A stretch of DNA of 64,000 nucleotides, taken from assembly GCA_963718615.1 (NCBI GenBank), contig OY970368.1, positions 768,001 through 832,000 of the forward strand, read 5' to 3'. The translations under genes and the position numbers were made by a program. This document shows, in pieces, positions 30,233-40,400 of this stretch (within the stretch, counting starts at the first letter, position 1; each line of letters starts with the position of its first letter). The stretch is from an uncultured cyanobacterium (lineage in GTDB: Bacteria; Cyanobacteriota; Cyanobacteriia; PCC-9006; JAAUQQ01). The notes beneath the pieces are model-generated. The model was not told the origin of the DNA, searched no databases, and saw only the letters and a list, made by a program, of their open reading frames with translations.

Positions 30233-30898
30233 ATGGTGACAACAACGGTGAGATCTCAGCCCCCACAGGCTCCAGCGCGGGAGTATGTACTGTTGCGGGG
30301 CATTGCTTGGGAAACCTTTGAGGCGTTAATTCGAGACTTGGAGTCGCAGCCGAGTAAGCGTTTGACCTATGACGATGGAGTATTGGAGATTTGGATGCCA
30401 CAGCCCCCTCACGAGCGCTACAAGAAGTTCATTGCTCGGTTGATTGAAGTGATGACGGAGGAGCTGGAGGTTGAGATCTGTAGCTTGGGGTCTTGTACGT
30501 GGCGGCGTCCGGATTTAGCAAAGGGGGTGGAGGCGGATGAGTGTTATTACGTGCAGAATGAGGGGCTGATTCGAGGACGGATGGAGATTAATTTGGCGTT
30601 TGATCCACCGCCGGATTTGGCGATCGAAATTGACATTACCAGTTTGTCACTGCCTCGCTTGCCGATTTATGGGGCGTTGGGAGTGCCGGAGGTGTGGCGG
30701 TTTGATGGAGAACAGTTGGTGTTTTTGCAATTGGCAGAAGGGGAGTATGGGGAGATGGAGCGATCGCTGGCGCTCCCCCTGATAACTTCGGCGGAGTTGA
30801 TGGATTGGCTGAATCGGGCGCAGGAGATGGGGGAGACGAGTTGGGCGCGATCGCTACGGCGCTGGGTGCAGGAAAAGCTTGAGGAGACTCGGGGTTAA
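30233..30898 (+). CDS. Uma2 family endonuclease
   Basis: EADECYY, PPDLAIEIDIT, LGVPEVWRFDG. Confidence 0.93.
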   Translation: MVTTTVRSQPPQAPAREYVLLRGIAWETFEALIRDLESQPSKRLTYDDGVLEIWMPQPPHERYKKFIARLIEVMTEELEVEICSLGSCTWRRPDLAKGVEADECYYVQNEGLIRGRMEINLAFDPPPDLAIEIDITSLSLPRLPIYGALGVPEVWRFDGEQLVFLQLAEGEYGEMERSLALPLITSAELMDWLNRAQEMGETSWARSLRRWVQEKLEETRG

Positions 30899-31004
30899 GG
30901 GTGGGGTTATAGCAACGTCAATGGCTGACCCGACTGCTTTTCGGGAAATACGGCAAAATGAATGAAATTGCCGCCAGCTTGGCCCTCCTTCAAGATTAGT
31001 CTTT

Positions 31005-31715
31005 TTAGCCTTGAGTCCTCAGGGCTTCCACAAACGCCTGATGCTCCGCAGAAGCAACCCCTTGCTGCGCAATCTGCCCAACCTGAGCCATATCCTCTGA
31101 CAGGAGTGCATTCACGAGCAACCACAAACCAGGAAAGACCCGACTCCGAATCACCCCATCTCCATCGGGCAACAACGATACATATTCATCCTCCTCAATG
31201 ACAAACCAATCCAAGCGATTCTCGTACATCTGCCAAACAATGTACTCCTGCACTCCATTGCGTAAATAAGCTGCCTTCTTATCCCCCAAATCATAAGCAG
31301 CACTGCTCGCAGCGATCTCAACGATTAGCTCTGGTGCGCCTTCCAGATAGTCATCCCACGAGACGACAACCTGACCTCCCAAGGCTGGCTCAATAAACAT
31401 GGCACCATCCGGCTGAGGATTGTTGTTGCGGTCCAAGCGGACGGTTGGGTTATCGGCGACCTTCACCCCAGATGTAAACATTCGGTACAACCCTAACCAA
31501 GCCATCAAATCAGCATGGGGCCTGGCATGACTCTCCAATCGTAGGGCAGCGGCCACGTACACAACTCCTTCGATTAGCTCTGCATATTTGATATGGGCTG
31601 AGGCTTCATAACGACGCTCAAACTCTGCGCGGGTGAGGCGATCGCCATTCTCCAGCGGTGGCACCGGCTTCGCAGACTCCCGCTTTTCTTGACTCTGGGT
31701 TGGATTTGCAACCAT
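31005..31715 (-). CDS. Uma2 family endonuclease
   Basis: PPLENGDRL, PQPD, APELIVEIAASS, GVQEYIVW. Confidence 0.93.
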   Translation of the reverse strand: MVANPTQSQEKRESAKPVPPLENGDRLTRAEFERRYEASAHIKYAELIEGVVYVAAALRLESHARPHADLMAWLGLYRMFTSGVKVADNPTVRLDRNNNPQPDGAMFIEPALGGQVVVSWDDYLEGAPELIVEIAASSAAYDLGDKKAAYLRNGVQEYIVWQMYENRLDWFVIEEDEYVSLLPDGDGVIRSRVFPGLWLLVNALLSEDMAQVGQIAQQGVASAEHQAFVEALRTQG

Positions 31716-31776
31716 GACATCCTCACAGCATCGCCACAGCCATTATCGCAAACCCACCAGGCGATCGGGATAGTCC

Positions 31777-32323
31777 TTGACACTCCCCAGCCCTAAAGGG
31801 ACGGGGATTCTTCTTTCATAGACGTGACTTTCCCCAATTGCCCAGAAGCAACTGACAAAGAGGTCTCATCTCCAGAAGCGTTCGGATCTTCGATCCAAGT
31901 TCCCGTATGCCCTACGGTACTTAATCCCACAGAGAGGATATTCAACGCTGCATTGTGGTCTCTGTCTAGTTCGCACCCGCATCGACAAATATGGGTGCGA
32001 GTGGACAGTGACTTTTTCACTATCGTTCCGCAGCTTGAACAAGTCTGAGACGTGTATTGAGGCGGAACGGCAACCGTGACCCGACCAAACACGACGCCAA
32101 ACCGTTCCACCCAAACTCGGAACTGGTACCAACCGGCATCAGAGATAGACTTCGCGAGACAATGGTTTTTGACCATGTTCTTGATCCTCAAGTCTTCGTA
32201 GGCAATCAAGTCGTTAGACTGAACTACGCACCGTGCCAATTTCACGGCATGGTCTTTACGTTGCCTACTTATCTTGAGGTCAAGCTTCGCCAAGCGAACC
32301 CTAGCCTTTTGTCGGTTGTTGCT
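31777..32323 (-). pseudogene. tnpB: 3' part of a tnpB gene plus intact IS605 right end
   Basis: IAYEDL, TSQTCSSCG, DRDHNAALN; right end GAATCCCCGTCCCTTTAGGGCTGGGGAGTGTCAA. The 5' half is replaced by ISAs1. Confidence 0.9.
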
Positions 32324-33704
32324 CAGGGATCGCGTATGACTTTAATCGAGAGAATAATCGGATTTCATAGATGAGCTGTGTGAGCAACATCTGGTTTTGT
32401 CGTGGCACTGTGGAGAATCGTGCAGAGATAGTCATTGTCCATAGAAGCCCTGTATCGCTTGAGTTTGAGTGACTTTTGGAAGCTCTTCTCCTGGGATAAT
32501 AGGTTGAGCGCTAAACGCCTCAGCAACGAGAAGTTGCGCGGACGGTTTCCCTTGCGAATGCGCGAGGCATCCTCGCGAAAAACCACATCCAACACCCAGT
32601 GAAGCTGGTTCTCAATCCCCCAGTGGGAACGAATCGCTCTTGCCAAGACTGAGGCTTGCGCCTCGCAGCTTGTGAGGTAAAAGTGAACCTCACGGGTCGT
32701 TTTGTTCCACAGCACTCGTTCGCGGCGTACTACCACGATGCTGGCGAGTCCTTCCCACTCGCCCAGTTCAGGCCAATCGGGCAACTCGCTGATGTCGATC
32801 GCCCAGACTTGGCGGGTCTCATCGCGCCCATGAAGCGTTTCCTGACTTTGGGCAAAGTCGAATTCGATTCCCTCCCACTGGTTCGCCTCTGCGGCCTCGA
32901 CCCAGTCTTTGACCAAGCCGTAGAGATTCGCGTGATTGGCCTTGAGCGTTAGGACATAGTCTGCCCCCTTGCCCCGAATCTGCTTGGCAATCGCCTTTTG
33001 AGTCCCCATCGCATCAATCGTTACGATACAACCGTCCAGGGCGAGCATGTCCAGCAGCTTCGGAATCGCCGTGATCTCATTCGACTTTCTGTCCACCGGC
33101 ATTTGACCGAGCACCAAACGATGCTCGCTGGCCCAGGCACTGACTTGATGCAGCGCTTTGAGCCTCTGGTTGCGGTCATAGGAGCCCCGTTGCGTTTTGC
33201 CATCCAAGGCAATCAGCTTGGCACTTCCCCCGTAGCTCACCAGCAGCTCCTGCACCCATTGCCGGAATCCCCGCTCGAAGGCGTCCGCATCAAGATGCTC
33301 AAACACCCGCTCAATCGTATCGTGGGACGGAATACCGAACGGTAAGTCCAGAAAGCTTTCCAGCCACTTTTGTTTGCTACGTCCGTACACTTCTATCTCC
33401 TCCCAGTGCTCCGCCCCGCACAACACTGCCAACAGCGAGATTCCGATAATTGATAGCAGAGGATGCCAGTAACGCCTATCACGCCTGGGGTCTTTGAGTC
33501 CCTCGAATGCTTTCAGCCAGCCGCCCGGCGGCTGGCAACCTTCCCAAGACGGCTCTTTCCTAGCGGCCTGGAATCCTTCTGGCTTGACGCCAGCAACTTT
33601 GGGGGGATTCAGCATCTGCAAGTACCTATAGGCTTTACTCTCTCAGCTTTCCCTCTCTGACTCTCTCATCTTTTTCTCTCTGCTAAAGTGATGCGTTCGC
33701 CCTG
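32324..33704 (-). mobile_element. ISAs1-family insertion sequence
   Basis: Imperfect IRs CAGGGATCGCGTATGACTTTA / CAGGGCGAACGCATCACTTTA; no target duplication. Confidence 0.9.
32365..33621 (-). CDS. ISAs1 family transposase
   Basis: DPR, IPSHDT, ALDGK, KSNEITAIP, TIDAMGTQ, RSHWGIENQLHWVLDVVFRED. Confidence 0.96.
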   Translation of the reverse strand: MQMLNPPKVAGVKPEGFQAARKEPSWEGCQPPGGWLKAFEGLKDPRRDRRYWHPLLSIIGISLLAVLCGAEHWEEIEVYGRSKQKWLESFLDLPFGIPSHDTIERVFEHLDADAFERGFRQWVQELLVSYGGSAKLIALDGKTQRGSYDRNQRLKALHQVSAWASEHRLVLGQMPVDRKSNEITAIPKLLDMLALDGCIVTIDAMGTQKAIAKQIRGKGADYVLTLKANHANLYGLVKDWVEAAEANQWEGIEFDFAQSQETLHGRDETRQVWAIDISELPDWPELGEWEGLASIVVVRRERVLWNKTTREVHFYLTSCEAQASVLARAIRSHWGIENQLHWVLDVVFREDASRIRKGNRPRNFSLLRRLALNLLSQEKSFQKSLKLKRYRASMDNDYLCTILHSATTKPDVAHTAHL

Positions 33705-34195
33705 ATAAAAATGCCATTGAACAAAATCCATCCCCATCGAGATCTTGGTTTAAGTTGAAAAGCGAGAAAGACCCTAAATATTCCATCAACAAAGAAGAAA
33801 ATTCCAATTAATAGCGTTAGGGAGATTACGCTGGCCCAGGGATCAAACAAGAGCAAAATACCTAAACCCAAATACAAAAGTCCAATCAAAAATCTGAGCA
33901 CTAGTGTGCTGCCACTGCGATAATGCTGAATGGCTTCAACACCTTGTATAATGCTGCTAGCAATAAATAGCCAGCCTAAAAAGATGCCAACCGCGATACT
34001 TGCAAACAACGGACTCGCGATCGCAATCCCTCCCAAAATTACCATCAGGCTCCCTAATGCAATCATCCAACCTGCGTTAAACTTAGCACTTTCGCGGGTC
34101 TGGTGGCGTTTCAATTCATGGTTTTCAGATAGATTTTGACTCAGCGGTTTACGGTTTTCCGTCTCTTTGCGCTCAAACATATTGCTTGTGTTCAA
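33683..34195 (-). pseudogene. HdeD/DUF308 membrane protein, C-terminus truncated by ISAs1
   Basis: GWMIALGSLMVILG...WGWILFNG, then reads into the IS inverted repeat. Confidence 0.8.
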
Positions 34196-34271
34196 CCCTG
34201 GTTTTGGTCTTAAATTGCTACATCTAGCTTGGAGGATTTGATGAGCCTTCTCATCCTTCTAAATCCAGAGT

Positions 34272-35546
34272 TTATTCGGCGCTATCTCCTTCTTTAGAAA
34301 TAAGCTTTGAGTGATGAAGCTCATACCAGCATCTATACCGGCGAGTCAATGGAACAGCACTCAAACCTTGAGCCAAGATAGAAGCACAGATCATTGCCGC
34401 ACAAATTGGCCAAATCCATTCAGTCGTATGGTGTCTTAGAACATATCCCGCATAGAACAATGCAGCAATTCCCACTGGGCCAAACCAACCCATAAAGAAA
34501 GCTTCAGGTTGATTTTTAATCGGTTTAATCCAGCGAGAAAAAAGCAGTAACGATGGCATACGACGTAACAATAGAAGCAGCACAGTTAGAATTAGTAAAT
34601 TTTGCCATCCTAATTCAAGCCATAAGCGCCAAGGCAATATTGTTCCTAGTAAAACAAAAATAGGTAAAGTTAAAAACCTATTAATTGCTTCCTGAATATT
34701 TTCTTCTTCGGCTCGCTCTTTTCCGCCAATTAGGGCATCGAAGGCAATACCTGAGATAAAAACTGCCAAGATACCGTTCATCCCTAGCAAACTAACTACG
34801 CCTAATACCGTTAGGCTCAGCGCTAAGGTATAACCTAAAAAAGATTGACGCTCGATCGTTTGGTGACGTTCTGCCCATCGCAAACTCCATCCCGCCAAAA
34901 CCCCTAGGGCCGTACCTAAAAGAATCGCCCCTATCACTTCCCACAAAATCACTCGCGTCATCCATTCCCCTAACGCTGCAATGGGCGATCGCTCTAACAT
35001 CAGCAAACTCAGCAACACAAAAGGATAGGCCAGTCCGTCATTCAGACCCGACTCAGTTGAAATCAGATGCCGAAGCCGAGGCGGTAAGTTTTGCTCAGCG
35101 ATGACACCTGTCACAATTGAATTGGAGACAATTGGATCAGTAGGTGCAAGGGCAGCGCCAATCAACATGGCTGACCAGAAGGAGAGCGGAAACACCACAT
35201 AAATCAGCAGACCGCTCAATAGCCACATCCCAGGCATAACCAGGCCGAGCAAAACCAGCAGCGATCGCCAATTGCGACCAATGTAACCCTTAGGAATTCG
35301 CAGGGCAACGCCCATCAAACCGACGGCAAGCGTTAGGCGTGCTGTTTGCTCTAGCAGCAATCCTGGGGCAATATCCCAGCGCGCTGGATCAATCGCTCCT
35401 AAGCCAACGGGTCCTACCAAAATGCCAAGAAGAAGAGTCGTTAGCGGGTCAGAGGCCCACCAATTGCGTCGAAAGTAGTCGGAAAAGAGACCGAGGAGTA
35501 AGACCGTTCCGCCGATTACAACTACAACAATATTAATTTCGTCCAT
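34272..35546 (-). CDS. Cation:proton antiporter (CPA1/NhaP-like)
   Basis: LAPTDP, ESGLNDG, WFGPVGIAA; multiple TMs. Confidence 0.92.
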   Translation of the reverse strand: MDEINIVVVVIGGTVLLLGLFSDYFRRNWWASDPLTTLLLGILVGPVGLGAIDPARWDIAPGLLLEQTARLTLAVGLMGVALRIPKGYIGRNWRSLLVLLGLVMPGMWLLSGLLIYVVFPLSFWSAMLIGAALAPTDPIVSNSIVTGVIAEQNLPPRLRHLISTESGLNDGLAYPFVLLSLLMLERSPIAALGEWMTRVILWEVIGAILLGTALGVLAGWSLRWAERHQTIERQSFLGYTLALSLTVLGVVSLLGMNGILAVFISGIAFDALIGGKERAEEENIQEAINRFLTLPIFVLLGTILPWRLWLELGWQNLLILTVLLLLLRRMPSLLLFSRWIKPIKNQPEAFFMGWFGPVGIAALFYAGYVLRHHTTEWIWPICAAMICASILAQGLSAVPLTRRYRCWYELHHSKLISKEGDSAE

Positions 35547-35805
35547 GTCATTCAGATTGACTCATAATTGAGATTTTACGGTCTGTGAAATCTAGCAAGA
35601 TTTGGCTGTAGGATGTTATTTTTTTATGCTAAGCCCATTTTTCAGCCGCTCTTTCTGTCGCTTTTTTAAGTGCGATCGCCTCCCTCAATTTGCAGCGAGT
35701 CTTCTGTTAATAGGATAATAGGACTCTTGAATACAACACCGAATGCAACAATACAAAATACAACGCAGACTGCGCTATCGCATCCATCCAAAGAGACGGA
35801 TCTAA

Positions 35806-37207
35806 CGCTCATCAATGACTCTAGCGAGAGATAAATTAGGATAAAGGAGACGAAAGCAAAGAAGGGCCTATGGTAGAGCCGCGTGAAGCAAAGGCGACCG
35901 TGAGATTCGTGGATGACTATTGCGCCAGTTACCGAGACCTATTTGCGGAGGTAAGAAGCTTCGAGGCGTTCAAGCATTTACATATAGGGATGATATCAGA
36001 GGCAAAGCGTAAATCGTTACCAGCGATTGCAAAGGTAACGGGTTTGCCAAATGCTCAGTCGCTGCAGCAGTTTCTGGTCAACTCCCCCTGGAGTGTAAGT
36101 CAGCTAAGGAAAAGGCGATTGGAGCTGATATTGTGTCAGCTAGCGGGTCGAAAGTTGGTGTTGGTGATTGACGAAACAGGAGACCGCAAAAAGGGTCATA
36201 CGACGGACTATGTGCAGCGGCAATACATTGGCAATTTAGGCAAGGTAGAGAACGGGATTGTATCTGTAGATGCTTATGGTGTAATCGATGGAATCACGTT
36301 TCCTTTGAGCTTTGAAGTATATAAACCCAAAGGGCGGTTGAAAGAAGGAGAAACTTACCGCAGCAAACCCCAAATCGCAGCTGCTCTGGTGGAAGAGCTG
36401 TGTGAGCTTGGCTTTGAATTTGAGCTCGTCTTGGCCGATAGTGAGTATGGCGAAAGTCGCAGCAACTTTGTCAGAGTCCTTGAGCAATTACAGCTTCCTT
36501 ATGTTTTGGCAGTCCGGTCGAATCATGGTGTTTGGCTACCCAAGGGGCAAACAGTACGGACAAATCAATGGCATGAGTATGAGCGAACCTTCAGCGAGGG
36601 TAGAAGCGAAACTCGCTTCATTCAAGAAATTATCTACGGCAAACGAGGCCCGATTCGCTACTGGCGACTGACCACCGATAAAGAAACCTTGCCATCAGCT
36701 TCTACTTGGATGGTCATGACTCGAGTTGAGGGAATTTCCTATAAACAAGTGGGAGACCTCTATGGTCTGAGAAACTGGATTGAATATGGGTTCAAGCAAT
36801 GCAAGAACGAGCTAGGATGGGCAGACTTTCGCGTTACGAACTACGACCCAATCCACAAGTGGTGGGAGATAGTGATGAGCGCCTATCTCATGGTGACTCT
36901 GCACACTCCTCCCTTGCGTCCGGAGGAGGTTATCTCCCCAGAATTGCATGATTCGGCTGTGGTCTCATCTTTTACTAAACATTCAGCATGGGATGAGGGA
37001 CAGGGATGGAAGAACTGGCTTAACAATCTTCGCCTGATTCTCCTGCCCTGGGTGAGTTTCAACTTGCTACGACCTTGGCTTCAGATTTTCCCGATGCCAG
37101 AGCTAGAGCTTGGATTTCAAATCCTTCTTCGCCTCATGAATCAGTTTCGAGGGGCTTCTGTTTCTCCTCCTGATTCTTTTTCCTCCGCCTAGAGTCATTG
37201 ATGAGCG
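35806..37207 (+). mobile_element. IS701-family insertion sequence
   Basis: Perfect 19-bp IRs CGCTCATCAATGACTCTAG (35806-35824 and 37189-37207); flanks CTAA / ATAG differ. Confidence 0.9.
35870..37192 (+). CDS. IS701 family transposase
   Basis: IDETGDRKKG, RQYIGNLGKVENG, VLADSEYG, RNWIEYGFKQCKNELGW. Confidence 0.95.
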   Translation: MVEPREAKATVRFVDDYCASYRDLFAEVRSFEAFKHLHIGMISEAKRKSLPAIAKVTGLPNAQSLQQFLVNSPWSVSQLRKRRLELILCQLAGRKLVLVIDETGDRKKGHTTDYVQRQYIGNLGKVENGIVSVDAYGVIDGITFPLSFEVYKPKGRLKEGETYRSKPQIAAALVEELCELGFEFELVLADSEYGESRSNFVRVLEQLQLPYVLAVRSNHGVWLPKGQTVRTNQWHEYERTFSEGRSETRFIQEIIYGKRGPIRYWRLTTDKETLPSASTWMVMTRVEGISYKQVGDLYGLRNWIEYGFKQCKNELGWADFRVTNYDPIHKWWEIVMSAYLMVTLHTPPLRPEEVISPELHDSAVVSSFTKHSAWDEGQGWKNWLNNLRLILLPWVSFNLLRPWLQIFPMPELELGFQILLRLMNQFRGASVSPPDSFSSA

Positions 37208-37403
37208 ATAGGCTGAACCTAAGCTGCTCCTCGTTTTCCCGGCTTAAGTTACTACCCGCGTTTTCAGTTTTTCGCCTACGTTTATAAAATTCCCCCAGCT
37301 TCTGAACATCGGGACTAGAGCGCCATCTTAGTGAGTGAAGCGAGTTCGACAAGAAAGAGGCCAGATCTATACACAAGTCCAGCCCCTATGGTGAACTGTA
37401 ACT

Positions 37404-40400
37404 CTACTCAGGCTGTTTCTCCGGCAACAAACACTTGTCCGAATCACACCCCGCAGGCCCCGCCTCCATCATCGGCCCCGAATCATATCGCTTCAGCGCG
37501 GCCAAGAAATCAGCCGTATCCCGCCGCTGTTTCACCGCCAACAACATTTGCTCATAGGTCTGCTTATCAATCGGCTCAAAGGGCAGACGCGGGAACGTTT
37601 GCAAATCGTCAAACCGCGCTAGCAAAGCAGCTGACATATAGCCTTCATCCGTTTCAATGCAGCGATAAATTCGCTCCGCCAGGGGTTCAATCTCCGCTTC
37701 CCGCAACTCCACCGTCGCCGATGTGTTGTGGGTTGTATAGTGCTTCTGCACCTGCATGTAGAAATCAAACTGCGCTAAGGCCGAGAACTGGCTGATGTCG
37801 ATGGTATCGGCTCCCGGCAGATTGGCCCAGCTAACCTCTGTGGGGATCTCCACCAGCCACTCGGTGCAACGCGGATCAAAGGGATCATTGAGCAAATTGC
37901 CGTGTTCATCCTTGTCCGACTGGGATGGCACCACCTGATAGCCATAGTCAATGCAGGCCATGGCCACGGGATCGTTTTTGCGGAACGTAATGCGACGGAT
38001 AAACCGCTGGGCCTTGGGCGGATGCCAGCCGGAGCTTGCGCCCGTGAGTAGACTCTTCGTATTGTGGGACTTCAGTGCACCCTGCCAGTACCAGGAGTCA
38101 TCGTCATCGACCCCCGCCACCGCAAAGTCGTAGCTGTAGTCAGGCACGGTTTCAAAGGCGATCGCCTCCACCCGATAGGGATGAAAGGCAAACTGACGCT
38201 TGGGCTCAAACAGTGGACGCAACCCGCACTTGCGACTGTGGGCATTGAGATAGGCCAAGGCATCTACAGAGGACAACATGCGGCTGAGACACAATCCCCA
38301 CATATTCTTCGTTCCTTGCAGATTTTCGCCTTGGGTGTTGTGAAAGATCGAGCAGCAGAGCCCAACGGCTTCGCCGACCTGTTGCAGGTTACGAATAAAC
38401 GCCTCGCTGGCGGAGTCAATTGACAAAGCCCCTTGCTTGCGAACACAACCATCGGTGTCAATTAAACCGCAGAAAAACGAGAGAATGGTTTGCTGTGACG
38501 AGCGCCGAATGGCTTGGGGAATCCGATCCAGTTCGGTGCTGCGAGTTTTGCCGAGTCGGTTGAGCTGAAGCCAGTCAAAGAGCTGCCTGGAGGCAAATAC
38601 CAATTCACCTCGGGAATTGTGATTACGGGGGTCATAGTGAACGGTTCCCGTGATGCCAAACCAGCGTTGCGCAATGGCCTGTAATCGTTCTACCAGATCG
38701 GCTTCCTCTGCGTTAAAGGCAAAGCGAATGCGGCATTTACCTTCGCTCATCGCCCCGTCACCCAACAGACAACCGAGGAAGTAACCGATTTCTGGGTTCA
38801 ATGTTGTGGGAGTCAGAATCTCCTGCGTCAGCACCCCACGTCCATGACCCACCTGTTGTTTGCGTTCTTCGCGGCTGTACTGCAATGGATCAAGGCTAAG
38901 TAAGAGGGCGTCTTCTTGTTTCTTGTATTCACCAATAGAGTAGTCAATGTCAAGCCCTGTTTGAAGTTCGTCTGCACGCACCCATTGCCCCTGAATCGAG
39001 AGCCGATGATTGGGCGTCATGCGCAGAATGCGACCATTTTTGAGCGTCACTTTGATTAACCTCAGGGGTTGGTTGGCGATCGCAGTATCAGCCGCAATTC
39101 CGCCGCGTACGCTGAGATCTAAACCCTCTGTTTCTCCACTGCCCGGTTCGATGATTTCGTCCGCATAGAGCAAGCCTTGATCAAAAATCCGCAGCGCGGT
39201 GCGATCGAGACATCCCGCAGGCTGCACCGTTGTACAGCGATTGGGACGGTGGAGATTGTGGCGATCGCAATAATCCCAAATGGTTGAATGGACAACCTCC
39301 CGCCAGCGATTCAGATAGGCCGCCTCTTTCGCCTTAAACCCTAGCCCCTGCTCCGTCTCAGGCCGACCTTCTACCCACCACTCTAGCCAGGGTGTACCCA
39401 AGGCATGGACGAAGAAATCAAATAGGCCTGTGAAGGATACGCCGACGATCGGGTCGAGTTCGCGGGATTCGCGGTAGCGATCTTCGATGAATTGATGGTT
39501 CAGCAACGCCGCGACAGAGAGGGCACCGGCACGGAACGCATCGACTTGGTCCTGCTCATTGTTGGGGTCCAGTTGGTTGAGGTGGACTTCCGAAAGGTTG
39601 CAATGGAAATTCGCCCCAATAATCTCACCGCAGTTGTGTGCCACAAAGCCATTGGCATCAAATCTTGCAGGTCCAGGAACGGTGCAATCGTACACAGGCT
39701 CGATGCCAGCGGGGGCGATCGCCTTTACCCGCACTGCAAACCGTTCTCGATTCGGTTGACGGCGATAGCTACCCAATAACTCAGACAAACGCTCGGATTT
39801 CTGAGGCTCTGAAAACCCAATTAGCTCAGCAAACACTTGAATGTTGTCATTGCTAATGACCAATTCATGTTGGGCTTGATCAATCGTCGAAGCAATACCC
39901 AATCGCAGCAACATCCGCTGAGCTGCTTGTAGCAAGGGTAAATTGCTTTGAGCTAAACGAATGCTGACGCCTTTTTGCTGTTGCCCTTGGACCGAGCCAT
40001 CGGCATCAAATAACCCCCGTAAAAAGCCCTGATAAAATTCATAGCTAGTTTGCTCAACCGCCGCTGTAATCGTTTTATGGCCGCGTACAATGCCATATTC
40101 GTCAGCAAGTTTGCGAAGGTTGGCAGAGGCGACTTGAAGATAGCCATTGCGTTTGTGATAAACCGCTACTTGTCCGACAGAAAGCTGTGTTTCCTCCAGT
40201 CTTTCTAGCGCCTGAGCTGCCATTTCTACTTGCGATTCACCCCAGTAGCGTAGGACGACTTGGCGATTTTGAGCGGTGATATTATCCGCTAAAGAGCCAT
40301 CACCGACCAAACTGCCTAGCAACCAGCCTTCTTCCTCTGAGCCTTTCCCAATCCAGGGTTGTAACCCGCGATGATTGTGGATGAGAACGCGATCGCCCAC

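Noticed and set aside
35560-35805. Possible gene remnant left of IS701
   Set aside because: No recognisable protein in the minus-strand frames I translated.
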